Notes: generated from the letters alone by a model not told the origin. A DNA stretch of 57,914 nucleotides from an uncultured Gammaproteobacteria bacterium (GCA_964596405.1 CAZQSS010000001.1:23020-80933); one strand, 5' to 3'. Positions 27,816 through 36,031 are shown, numbered from the stretch's first letter. A program made the numbers and translations.

Positions 27816-29070
27816 AAATGTAACCGTCGTTACCATCAAGTATTATTTTTTGTCCGTCTCGTAGCGTGGTGGTGGCGATTTGGGTGCCAACAACCGCCGG
27901 AATATTAAACTCTCTCGCTACAATAGCCGCATGGCAAAGATTGCCGCCGAGATCGGTAATAATGCCAGCCGCTCGACGTATTCCAAGAAGAAACTGGGGT
28001 CGCGTCATTGCTGTTACCAGGATGTCGCCTTTCTGAATTCGGCTCATTTCTTTTGCCATGTCTCCGCTACTAAACATATTAACCAGTCGCGCGGTGCCAG
28101 CAATCCTACCGGCAGAAGCGGGAAAACCACTCAGCATCCTTCTGGGTCTTTTTTCAAATGGTTTAAAGTATTCTCTTAGCGTGCCTTCTAGATCTTGGTA
28201 CTCCTTTGAAGATTTTAACCAGCCCTTTTTGTCATGAGTTATTGGTATGCCTTCAATATGTAAATCGCCGATTATTTGTTTGATGTCTTGATTGGGCGTC
28301 AAACCAATTTTATCATAAGTTGTCACTAAGCGGCCGCGGCGATAAGTATGAAAACCGTAATAACTTTTATTTAAACCGGAAAGCTGATAGCCCCACCAAC
28401 CCCAAGCCTTGCCACCTTGAAATTTAAATGTAAATTCATTTTTTTTGCCCTCAATTATTATAGGCGTGAACGGCTTACAAGTTTCTTTGTTGAAAACAAG
28501 TTCTAACTCTTCGTTTTGAATAAAAGGCCCGAATCTAAGGCCAAACTCGTCTTTAATGTTTTTTAGCAATCTTTCAGAAAATTTAATTTTGAGTTTACGA
28601 ACGATTACTGTGGTACCGCTTTTCTCTGGACTAACACCACGGTTGATAATAAACGGATACTTGTTCCAATCGCCGTGTTTAAGCCAATGATCTTCATCAT
28701 ATTCTAAAACATATTCTTCATCCGAATCTCGTGGCGTAGTAATAAGAGTAAAACTTTTTCCTAAAAAAGAGGTGGAAGTTTTAAGACCCAATCCGAATTC
28801 GCCCAATTGACCTTTCTTTTCTGAAAAACCAAGACGAATGGCTTTAGATGCTTGTTCCTCGGTCATCCCCTTGCCCGTATCGTTTATAGCAATCATGTCG
28901 GGCGTAATATCTATTGAAACAGATAATTTTTTATTAGGAATGCGCGCGTCAATGGCATTATCAATAAGTTCCGAAAGGGCTTCTTGGATGGAATACCCTG
29001 TCTGACTAATTTTTGTGAGAATGCTTCGGTGAGGAGAAACATCAATATACTTTTTAGTTGTTTTTTTCAT
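27805..29070 (-). CDS. GHKL (HATPase_c_3/MORC-type) ATPase fused to a PEP-utilizer swivel phosphohistidine domain
   Basis: 421 aa with N-box ELIDNAIDA, G1 box NDTGKGM and G2 box GEFGLGLK. The C-terminal roughly 100 aa reads GDILVTAMTRP..AAGIITDLGGNLCHAAIVAREFNIPAVVG..DGNDGYIY. Confidence 0.75.
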   Translation of the reverse strand: MKKTTKKYIDVSPHRSILTKISQTGYSIQEALSELIDNAIDARIPNKKLSVSIDITPDMIAINDTGKGMTEEQASKAIRLGFSEKKGQLGEFGLGLKTSTSFLGKSFTLITTPRDSDEEYVLEYDEDHWLKHGDWNKYPFIINRGVSPEKSGTTVIVRKLKIKFSERLLKNIKDEFGLRFGPFIQNEELELVFNKETCKPFTPIIIEGKKNEFTFKFQGGKAWGWWGYQLSGLNKSYYGFHTYRRGRLVTTYDKIGLTPNQDIKQIIGDLHIEGIPITHDKKGWLKSSKEYQDLEGTLREYFKPFEKRPRRMLSGFPASAGRIAGTARLVNMFSSGDMAKEMSRIQKGDILVTAMTRPQFLLGIRRAAGIITDLGGNLCHAAIVAREFNIPAVVGTQIATTTLRDGQKIILDGNDGYIYED

Positions 29071-29079
29071 ACCTCGTTT

Positions 29080-29108
29080 ATTATAAAACTTCTGACCGTC
29101 TCTGACAA
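29080..29108 (-). promoter_or_regulatory. Sigma70-like promoter of the four-gene operon
   Basis: The minus strand reads TTGTCA (29108-29103), a 17-nt spacer, then TATAAT (29085-29080), followed by AAACGAGGT before the ATG. Confidence 0.6.
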
Positions 29109-29621
29109 CTAAAAATAAGACTGTAATTGCTTGAGGGCAATCGGCAAAAGCGGCCAGAGGATTGAAGAAAGGTTGATAAGATACGCGGCGACTTTGGAAC
29201 CGGCCAAGGCGTTGGTTATAACTTCGTGAATCGGAAATTTGGAGATGAAGAAAAGCGTAATGCCGACCATTAAAACGCCTTCAATCAAGCCCAAAATGCC
29301 ACCCAAAAGACGATTAATAGATGATAAAAACGGAATAATAGTCAAAATGTGGAAAATCTTCTCGGCAATCCAGAAGGCAAAACCTACCAGACGATTAACC
29401 AATAAAAACAATAAAATAAATACTATTACTTTAACCAAATTTTCATGTCCGCCGACCAAAAGTGTTATCCATTGGGCAATCGGACCGTAAAAATGACTGG
29501 CGACAAAAGCGCCGATAACCGAACCCACGAGCGACCCTAAGGTATGGATAAAACCAAACCATAACCCAAACAGCACAAAGCCGCCCAGAATGACAAATAA
29601 AGTAAAATCGGCGTAACTCAT
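29109..29621 (-). CDS. cvpA: CvpA family membrane protein
   Basis: 170 aa with four TM helices and a CvpA-like N-terminus (DFTLFVILGGFVLFGLWFGFI). Confidence 0.7.
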   Translation of the reverse strand: MSYADFTLFVILGGFVLFGLWFGFIHTLGSLVGSVIGAFVASHFYGPIAQWITLLVGGHENLVKVIVFILLFLLVNRLVGFAFWIAEKIFHILTIIPFLSSINRLLGGILGLIEGVLMVGITLFFISKFPIHEVITNALAGSKVAAYLINLSSILWPLLPIALKQLQSYF

Positions 29622-29640
29622 ATATAATATAAATTTTACT

Positions 29641-29670
29641 CATCCTTACATTCTTAAGTTTGTAAGGATG
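29641..29670. repeat. 30-nt palindromic element, CATYCTYACA family
   Basis: CATCCTTACA-TTCTTAAGTT-TGTAAGGATG. Related copies lie at 34498, 34857 and 50912. Confidence 0.75.
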
Positions 29671-29677
29671 TTATTTT

Positions 29678-31234
29678 TTAAATTATTTTTGGAAAAATGG
29701 GCTCCCCTTTTTTAATTTTAGTACCCGGCTTGAGTCCACCCCAAACTTGGGCCAAATCCAACGGCTGAGCTTTTTCTTTGGCCGCGTCCAAGCCTAGCTG
29801 TTCCCAAATTTTTTCCGCTGTTGTGGGCATAATCGGCAAAATAAACCATCCCAACTGACGCAAAGTCTCTAAAAGATTATAGATTACGTCTTTGAGTCTC
29901 GCCGGATTGGTTTTGGCCAGATCCCAGGGCTTTTCTTTTTCAATAAATTGGTTGCCGCTCATAATTATTTTCCAGGCCACGTCCAGCGCCTCATCAAAAC
30001 GATATTCGTCCATGACAGCGGTAAAATCTTTCCATAAATCAATTTCACATAAGGGATCCAGCCCTTCCGATTTGTCAGAAAAATCCGGCACGATGCCGTC
30101 AAAATATTTTTCCGTCATAGATAAAGTTCGATGTAATAAATTGCCAAAAGAATTAGCCAAATCGGTATTGTAGTGTTCTTTCAAGTGAACTAAAGAGAAA
30201 TCGCCATCTTCACCAAATTTAATTTCCCGAAGCAAAAAGTAGCGGATGGCATCCAGCGGATAAATCTTGGCCAGTTCCACCGGATCAATAACATTGCCCA
30301 AGGATTTACTCATTTTTTCGCCATTGATGGTAAAAAATCCGTGGGCGTAAATGGTCTGGGGCAAAGGCAAGCCGGCGGACATCAACATGGCCGGCCAGAT
30401 AGCGGCGTGAAATTTTAAAATTTCTTTGGCCATCAGGTGCAAATCGGCCGGCCAAAATTTCTTAAACTTTTCTTCATCATTTTCAAAACCGATAACGGTC
30501 AAATAATTAATCAAAGCATCAAACCAAACATAAATCGCCTGTGTTTTATCCAATGGGAATGGAATACCGCACTTGGGATTTTGCCGGGAGATACTGATAT
30601 CGGATAAATTATCTTTAATGTAGTTTAATACCTCATTTTTTCTTTTTTCCGGACGAATAAAGCCGGGGTTGCTCTCAATGTGGTGAATTAAAGCATCGCG
30701 ATAATTGGTGAGACGGAAGAAATAATTTTCTTCCGAAACTTTGCGAGGTTTCTTTTTGTGATAAATACAACAATCGTTGACCATATCCGCTTCAGTCAGG
30801 TAGGCCTCGCAACCATCGCAATAAAGACCCTCATAAGTGCCTTTGTAAATGTCGCCTTTTTTATTAACCAAATCAAAAAATTTGTAAACGGCTTTTTGGT
30901 GACGCTCTTCAGTGGTGCGGATAAAATCATCATTGGAAATATCCAGCTCATCCCAGGTTTCCTGCCAGCGCGCGCCCATTTTATCCAGATATTTTTTAAT
31001 GTCTGTCTCACCTAGCCTTTCAGCGGCTTCAATATTTTTTTGGCTATTTTCATCAATACCGGTGGCAAAAAAAACGTCATCGCCCTGGAGGCGGCGCCAG
31101 CGCGCAATACTGTCGGCCACAAGCGTGGTGTAAGCATGGCCGATGTGCGGCAAATCGTTGACGTAATAAATTGGCGTGGTGAGATAGAATTTTTTAGGCA
31201 TAAGATTAGTGTGATTAGCGGCGCCTCGGCGCAT
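29678..31234 (-). CDS. metG: Methionyl-tRNA synthetase (short form)
   Basis: 518 aa with HIGH-type PHIGHAYT and KMSKS. The ATG at 31234 forms a TAATG overlap with the rsmI stop. An alternative ATG at 31201 gives the canonical MPKKFYLTTPIYY N-terminus. Confidence 0.93.
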   Translation of the reverse strand: MRRGAANHTNLMPKKFYLTTPIYYVNDLPHIGHAYTTLVADSIARWRRLQGDDVFFATGIDENSQKNIEAAERLGETDIKKYLDKMGARWQETWDELDISNDDFIRTTEERHQKAVYKFFDLVNKKGDIYKGTYEGLYCDGCEAYLTEADMVNDCCIYHKKKPRKVSEENYFFRLTNYRDALIHHIESNPGFIRPEKRKNEVLNYIKDNLSDISISRQNPKCGIPFPLDKTQAIYVWFDALINYLTVIGFENDEEKFKKFWPADLHLMAKEILKFHAAIWPAMLMSAGLPLPQTIYAHGFFTINGEKMSKSLGNVIDPVELAKIYPLDAIRYFLLREIKFGEDGDFSLVHLKEHYNTDLANSFGNLLHRTLSMTEKYFDGIVPDFSDKSEGLDPLCEIDLWKDFTAVMDEYRFDEALDVAWKIIMSGNQFIEKEKPWDLAKTNPARLKDVIYNLLETLRQLGWFILPIMPTTAEKIWEQLGLDAAKEKAQPLDLAQVWGGLKPGTKIKKGEPIFPKII

Positions 31235-31908
31235 TAACGCGATCCCTGTGCCACTATAACGAATTCGCCTTTTTCCGGCACGTTCATTTTTAAAATTTCT
31301 TCGATGGTGCCGCGATAAATAGTTTCAAACTGTTTGGTTAATTCGCGGCCGATAACCAATTTTCTGGTCGGTTCCAACACAGTTTGTAGTTCATTGAGGC
31401 ATTTTTTAATACGATGCGGTGATTCATAAAAAACCGCTGTCTCCCCTCTCGCCGCCAATTCTTTGAAAAATTTTTGCCGTTTATTTTTATGCGGCGGAAA
31501 GCCGGCGAAATAAAATTTGTCGGTTGGAAATCCGGAAATGCTTAACGCCGCCACCACGGCCGATGGCCCCGGTATGGGATTGATGGCAAAAGGCAGAGCA
31601 TCTACCACCAATTTTTCCACCAGCAAATTTCCCGGATCGGAAATGCCCGGCGTGCCGGCATCGGTGACCAAAGCGATGTTTTTCCCAATGGTTAGCTGTT
31701 TGATTATTTCTTTGATTTTCGCCGGCGAGCTGTGCTGATGAAAACTCACGGTGGGTTTGTAAATATTATAGTGCTCCATAAGCCGCCGGGTAACTCGCGT
31801 GTCCTCGCACAAAATCAAATCTACCATTTTGAGGATTTCAACGGCGTGAAAAGTGATATCTTTAAGGTTGCCAATCGGTGTGGCAACGATGTAAAGCTTG
31901 CCTAACAT
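31234..31908 (-). CDS. rsmI: 16S rRNA (cytidine1402-2-prime-O)-methyltransferase
   Basis: 224 aa with a tetrapyrrole-methylase fold and LYIVATPIGNLKDIT and DAGTPGISDPG motifs. Confidence 0.9.
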   Translation of the reverse strand: MLGKLYIVATPIGNLKDITFHAVEILKMVDLILCEDTRVTRRLMEHYNIYKPTVSFHQHSSPAKIKEIIKQLTIGKNIALVTDAGTPGISDPGNLLVEKLVVDALPFAINPIPGPSAVVAALSISGFPTDKFYFAGFPPHKNKRQKFFKELAARGETAVFYESPHRIKKCLNELQTVLEPTRKLVIGRELTKQFETIYRGTIEEILKMNVPEKGEFVIVAQGSR

Positions 31909-31993
31909 ATCTTTAATTTTAGCATAACAAGCTTAAAAAAGCAAAACAAAAGGCCCCGATGTTCAATCGAGGCCTAAATATTGTTAAAAGAAC

Positions 31994-32815
31994 TCACGAA
32001 ATCCGCAAAACGAGACGGCCTAAGTAACCACCTAAAAGTGCGCTGGCGGCTTTGGCTCGCGCCAAATTTTCTTCATGAGAATGCGTTTCAACGGCGCTGT
32101 TGGTTATAAAACAAAGAGCCAAAACGCGTGTCCCCATGTAAAGTGCTGCTACGCAAGCCTCGGGCAAAATACTCATGCCCACCACGCCGGCGCCGGATTT
32201 GGCCAAGAGTGACTTATCGTAACGGCGGCCTTCAAAAAACGGCCCGCGGACCATCACATGACCGACTTCGGTCGCCATAAGTTCGCCGCGTTCTTGAAGC
32301 GCGATTTTCCGAAGCGCCGGATCAAGGGTGTCTTCGGGCGAGCCAAACTCACCGCCCCAAAGTGGCATCTCGGGCGCGTAAACCGTGACAAAACCGTTGA
32401 CAACACCGATGCTGCCAACCGGCAAATCACTGGAAAGGCTACCGACCGCGCTTGTCACAATCAGTGTTTTGACACCGAGTTGCAGGAGCATTTCAATCTG
32501 CAACCGCACCATCCGAGCTAAAGACGTGTCGCTTGGCGCTTCATTCATATGCACGCGACCGCGCAAGAAAATAACCGGCTTGCCTTCCAAGTAGCCAAAA
32601 ACCACCTGCCGGGCGTGACCCTCTAATGATTTGAGACTCTCAAAGCCCGGAATCTGGCTGAAAGCGATTTCTCGGCTTTCTTTGACCGCCAAAACATTGC
32701 CCCAACCCGTGCCCAACACCAAACCGATGGGCGCGATGTTCTTGGGAATCTTGAGTTTTTGACGAATGACTTGGGCCGCTTTTTTCGCCGCCGCTTCCCG
32801 CTCAACGTTACGCAT
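31994..32815 (-). CDS. Purine nucleoside phosphorylase / MTA phosphorylase family (trimeric PNP type)
   Basis: 273 aa with VLGTGWG, SLEGHARQVVFG and VVGMSILPEA motifs, preceded by a strong AAAGGAGG. Confidence 0.8.
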   Translation of the reverse strand: MRNVEREAAAKKAAQVIRQKLKIPKNIAPIGLVLGTGWGNVLAVKESREIAFSQIPGFESLKSLEGHARQVVFGYLEGKPVIFLRGRVHMNEAPSDTSLARMVRLQIEMLLQLGVKTLIVTSAVGSLSSDLPVGSIGVVNGFVTVYAPEMPLWGGEFGSPEDTLDPALRKIALQERGELMATEVGHVMVRGPFFEGRRYDKSLLAKSGAGVVGMSILPEACVAALYMGTRVLALCFITNSAVETHSHEENLARAKAASALLGGYLGRLVLRIS

Positions 32816-32919
32816 ACTCGCCTCCTTTTAAGGGATTAAAAAGATCATTAACTATTTTAACCCTAACGAATTAAAAAAAATTTGTCAATGAGAAAAACCT
32901 TCCAAAATATCCAAATAAA

Positions 32920-32951
32920 CTATTCTCTTATTCGTGCGAATAAGAGAATAG
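32920..32951. promoter_or_regulatory. Perfect 15-2-15 palindrome just after the ArsR gene, upstream of the PNP gene
   Basis: CTATTCTCTTATTCG-TG-CGAATAAGAGAATAG. A near-identical copy lies at 33259-33290. It may act as an operator, a terminator hairpin, or both. Confidence 0.55.
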
Positions 32952-32952
32952 T

Positions 32953-33213
32953 TTAGAGGTGAGAAAAAAGACTCTTAACAACAGGTTTTTGATCTTTTGA
33001 TAAAGAATAAAAAACAGTGAGGCCTTTTTGTTCTCTATCCACAATATCGGCTGCCGAGAGCAGCCCAAGATGTCTGGATGTGCTTTTAAACGACAGCTTA
33101 ATCTCTCTCGCAATTTCCCCCACTGAGGAGGCGCCGTTGTCCTTTAAAAATTTCGCAATCGCCAAACGCCGGTGGTTAGCCATAGCCTTTAATGTTTTTT
33201 CCATTTGTTTCAT
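32953..33213 (-). CDS. ArsR/SmtB family transcriptional regulator
   Basis: 86 aa with a winged HTH (LKAMANHRRLAIAKFL, SVGEIAREIKLSFKSTSRHLGLL). Confidence 0.8.
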   Translation of the reverse strand: MKQMEKTLKAMANHRRLAIAKFLKDNGASSVGEIAREIKLSFKSTSRHLGLLSAADIVDREQKGLTVFYSLSKDQKPVVKSLFSHL

Positions 33214-33258
33214 ATAAAATTATACTAAGATTTTATTTTGATTTATTATTTCGTTTTC

Positions 33259-33290
33259 TTATTCTCTTATTCGTGCGACTAAGAGAATAG
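33259..33290. promoter_or_regulatory. Second copy of the 32-nt palindrome, upstream of the ArsR gene
   Basis: TTATTCTCTTATTCG-TG-CGACTAAGAGAATAG, with one arm mismatch. Confidence 0.55.
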
Positions 33291-33296
33291 ATAGCG

Positions 33297-33336
33297 GAGA
33301 AAAACCGGAGAAAATAAAAAAGCTGATCTCCGGTTT
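33297..33336 (-). terminator. Stem-loop plus T-run after the ferredoxin gene
   Basis: The minus strand reads AACCGGAGA...TCTCCGGTTTTTCTCC. Confidence 0.55.
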
Positions 33337-33345
33337 GGGGTTACA

Positions 33346-33531
33346 TTAGTCTTCAATGATGATAGCTTGTGTCGGACAGGCGGCGGCGGCTTCTTTTACC
33401 GATTCCGGCGTGTCGCTGGACGGTTCAATGGGGTCAACTTTGTTTTGATCGTTCCATTTATAAGAATCGGGCGCCAAAGCCACGCAAGTGCCACAGCCAA
33501 TACAGGTTTCTTGATTAATACAAATTTTCAT
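33346..33531 (-). CDS. Small single-cluster ferredoxin
   Basis: 61 aa with CIGCGTCVALAP and a distal ACP cysteine. Confidence 0.8.
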   Translation of the reverse strand: MKICINQETCIGCGTCVALAPDSYKWNDQNKVDPIEPSSDTPESVKEAAAACPTQAIIIED

Positions 33532-33533
33532 AT

Positions 33534-34097
33534 TTATTTTTTGACTTTATACATTTTACCATGACCGGGAATGATGTAATCGGCGAGTTTTAGGATTTTT
33601 TTGCGGTTTTCCGCCAGCTTCTTTTTGTCGCTGGCATACGGGTCATCTACCGGCAAGCCTTCTTTCCAAAAAAGGTCGCCGACAATCGCCACAATCCCCT
33701 TTTCAGTTTTTACCAAAAGGCTCAAAGCATCATAATTGTGGCCGGGAGTTTTGATAATCTTGATGTCTTTTGTAAATTGTTCCTGCCAATCCTCAACCGT
33801 GTTTTTATTCCACAAGCCAAAAAATTCCAATGTTTTTGCTTTTGGGAACATCCCGATATTTCTATAATGATCGATGTGAGAGTGCGTAATAAAAACGATA
33901 TTTACGTCATCAATTTCCAATCCTTCTTTTTTTAGCTTATCAACCAGCATTTCCTGGCTTTCCAGTACACCCGGATCCACAATCATAACAATCCCCTTGT
34001 CTTTCACCAAAGTAATCGTCGGGGAGGTTTTTTCGTCACCAGCTTCTTTTGAATCAGCTGAAGTGTATCCTTCAATTAAAATTTTTACTTCGGCCAT
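33534..34097 (-). CDS. MBL-fold metallo-hydrolase
   Basis: 187 aa with the ITHSHIDH motif and distal His/Asp residues (GHNYD, GHG). Confidence 0.8.
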   Translation of the reverse strand: MAEVKILIEGYTSADSKEAGDEKTSPTITLVKDKGIVMIVDPGVLESQEMLVDKLKKEGLEIDDVNIVFITHSHIDHYRNIGMFPKAKTLEFFGLWNKNTVEDWQEQFTKDIKIIKTPGHNYDALSLLVKTEKGIVAIVGDLFWKEGLPVDDPYASDKKKLAENRKKILKLADYIIPGHGKMYKVKK

Positions 34098-34101
34098 AAA
34101 A

Positions 34102-34470
34102 TTATGAATTTAGATGACTCGCGTTATTTTTTTTAAACCAACTGATTAAAAATAAGATACCCACAAGAAATGCCGGAACGTCAATTATTAAAAAAAATAT
34201 TTCCTTTCCTCCTTTAATAGATAATATCATATGCGCGAGGCCGGCGAGAATAAAAACCACTCCGCCAACTATTTCATACTTCCAAGATATCCAGACTATT
34301 ATTGCCAACAGCAATGCGGGAATATTATGCATAAACAAACCCAAAACAGTTGGCCAAAAACCCAGATTGGCGTCAAAAACATCCAATGAAAATACCATTA
34401 AAAATAAAATAAGCGCTATTGACAAAACTCTCGGCGTCCAATATATAAACTTGCTGACATTTTTCTCCAT
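34102..34470 (-). CDS. Four-TM membrane protein, unknown function
   Basis: Hydrophobic ORF. I chose the ATG at 34470; earlier ATGs at 34500 and 34506 fall inside or next to the palindromic repeat. Confidence 0.45.
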   Translation of the reverse strand: MEKNVSKFIYWTPRVLSIALILFLMVFSLDVFDANLGFWPTVLGLFMHNIPALLLAIIVWISWKYEIVGGVVFILAGLAHMILSIKGGKEIFFLIIDVPAFLVGILFLISWFKKNNASHLNS

Positions 34471-34497
34471 ATTAAGAAATTCTGTTTTTAATTTCTT

Positions 34498-34527
34498 CAT
34501 TCTCACATTCTCAAGTTTGTAAGGATG
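34498..34527. repeat. 30-nt palindromic element, CATYCTYACA family (imperfect)
   Basis: CATTCTCACA-TTCTCAAGTT-TGTAAGGATG. Confidence 0.7.
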
Positions 34528-34530
34528 TTG

Positions 34531-34815
34531 TTAAATGTTTTGAAACGATTTGAGAAAACGAACAAAAGTTTTGCCATAAGGCGACAGGGTGTGCTCTACA
34601 AATTTGCCGCGATATTTTTTATTGACAAGTCCAGCCTGAAAAAGCCGACGGGTGTGTTCCCCCAGAGTTTTTACATTAGCGCCAAGCGCTTTGACAATAT
34701 TGTCAAGTGTAATCCCTTCGCTTGAGGCAATGAGAAATAGTATCTCAATACGATAGTGATTAGCCATACCCTTGAGATGCCGTTCCATTTGCTTGGCTGT
34801 TTTTATTCTACCCAT
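34531..34815 (-). CDS. ArsR-like winged-helix transcriptional regulator
   Basis: 94 aa with LKGMANHYRIEILFLI and ITLDNIVKALGANVKTLGEHTRRL. Confidence 0.65.
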   Translation of the reverse strand: MGRIKTAKQMERHLKGMANHYRIEILFLIASSEGITLDNIVKALGANVKTLGEHTRRLFQAGLVNKKYRGKFVEHTLSPYGKTFVRFLKSFQNI

Positions 34816-34844
34816 ATTTTTACAAATTACTTTATCCTCGTCAT

Positions 34845-34873
34845 ATTATACATCATCATTCTCACATTCTCAA
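34845..34873 (-). promoter_or_regulatory. Sigma70-like promoter of the second ArsR gene, overlapped by the palindrome
   Basis: The minus strand reads TTGAGA (34873-34868), a 17-nt spacer, then TATAAT (34850-34845). Confidence 0.5.
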
Positions 34874-34886
34874 GTTTGTGAGAATG
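34857..34886. promoter_or_regulatory. 30-nt perfect-arm palindrome overlapping the -35 and spacer; candidate operator
   Basis: CATTCTCACA-TTCTCAAGTT-TGTGAGAATG. Confidence 0.5.
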
Positions 34887-34994
34887 AGATTTTGTGAGTG
34901 TGGATGTAAAAGGATTTTGTTTTAGTGGGGATTTTACAAAGGTGGTGTCTGCAAAGCACGCCATTGTATACCATTGTATACCAGACATGCGCCG

Positions 34995-35396
34995 TTAAGT
35001 GCCGTTACATGCTATTTTCTCCGATTCTTTTAGAATTGTTTCGGCCAATGATCTTTGCTTGTCAAATGTGGGATGAAAATGAATCTCCATCTGGTACTTT
35101 GGCCATTGGTCATGTTGAACACGGAAAAAATAGACGATTTCTGCTTCAAGAGCTTCAACATCCACATCATCGTTAAAAATCCAAACAATCAATAAATGAT
35201 CACCATTTTCTTTCAGCCATTTATAACCATGATAGCCTGTTTTGTGAGCTGGTTTTACGCCCTGATGAATACGAGAACCCATTGGTTGTTTTGTGATGCC
35301 TATATAGTTGATGAGTCCATTTTTTCCGACCAAATATATTTTATTTCCTCTCTTTGTGACTGGTGCCACAAAATGCTTGGTTCCGTCATTGGCCAA
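34995..35396 (-). CDS. GIY-YIG-like nuclease domain protein (tentative)
   Basis: 133-aa ORF with a TTG start; the true start is uncertain. KIYLVGKNGLINYIGITKQPMGSRIHQG fits the GIY-x9-YIG..R pattern, with Glu in ALEAEIVYF. Confidence 0.4.
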   Translation of the reverse strand: MANDGTKHFVAPVTKRGNKIYLVGKNGLINYIGITKQPMGSRIHQGVKPAHKTGYHGYKWLKENGDHLLIVWIFNDDVDVEALEAEIVYFFRVQHDQWPKYQMEIHFHPTFDKQRSLAETILKESEKIACNGT

Positions 35397-35443
35397 AACA
35401 GAAACAATTTCATTATCTTTTACTGTAATTTTATAAATGTAGT

Positions 35444-35893
35444 TTATATTTTTAAAAAGTTATCGATTACGATTAAAGTGTTAAGGAGGCTGACAAAAGG
35501 AACAAATCGATCAACCATTCCTATGAAAGTAACAAACAGCAACATCAAAACAAGTTCCCCCGCTATAGGTAGAAGCGCCCATAATTTCTTAGTGCCCTTA
35601 TTGTTTAATGCTTTTATGAATACATAAAATAGATAGCTCACGGCAGCTAAATCTATTATATATAACCACCACATAATAAAGAGGGAGGTGCCGTTTGTTC
35701 CATATAAGATGGGTCCTGAGTACAATTTATTTAAAATTAATAAAATAGTATTTTTTATAAAAGCCCATCCGATGGGTATGTAAAAACTTATTAAAATATA
35801 AAGACAAGCTAAAATTCTTAGAGGTGCTAAAAAATCTTTAACAAACAACTCTTGTTTAAAAAATCGTTTAATTGCTTCTATATATTCTTGCAT
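35444..35893 (-). CDS. Polytopic membrane protein, unknown function
   Basis: 149 aa with four hydrophobic helices, in AT-rich DNA. Confidence 0.5.
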   Translation of the reverse strand: MQEYIEAIKRFFKQELFVKDFLAPLRILACLYILISFYIPIGWAFIKNTILLILNKLYSGPILYGTNGTSLFIMWWLYIIDLAAVSYLFYVFIKALNNKGTKKLWALLPIAGELVLMLLFVTFIGMVDRFVPFVSLLNTLIVIDNFLKI

Positions 35894-36031
35894 ATTATTT
35901 GAATTTTATAAATTTAAAAAATACTTTTCCGAGGTCTGTCAAACCTTTAGTTTTTGCCTCTACCCCAGAACCAAACTTATTAGCGCCAAGGACGTACAGT
36001 AGTCCCTTATAACCTAGTGAAAACCCACGTA

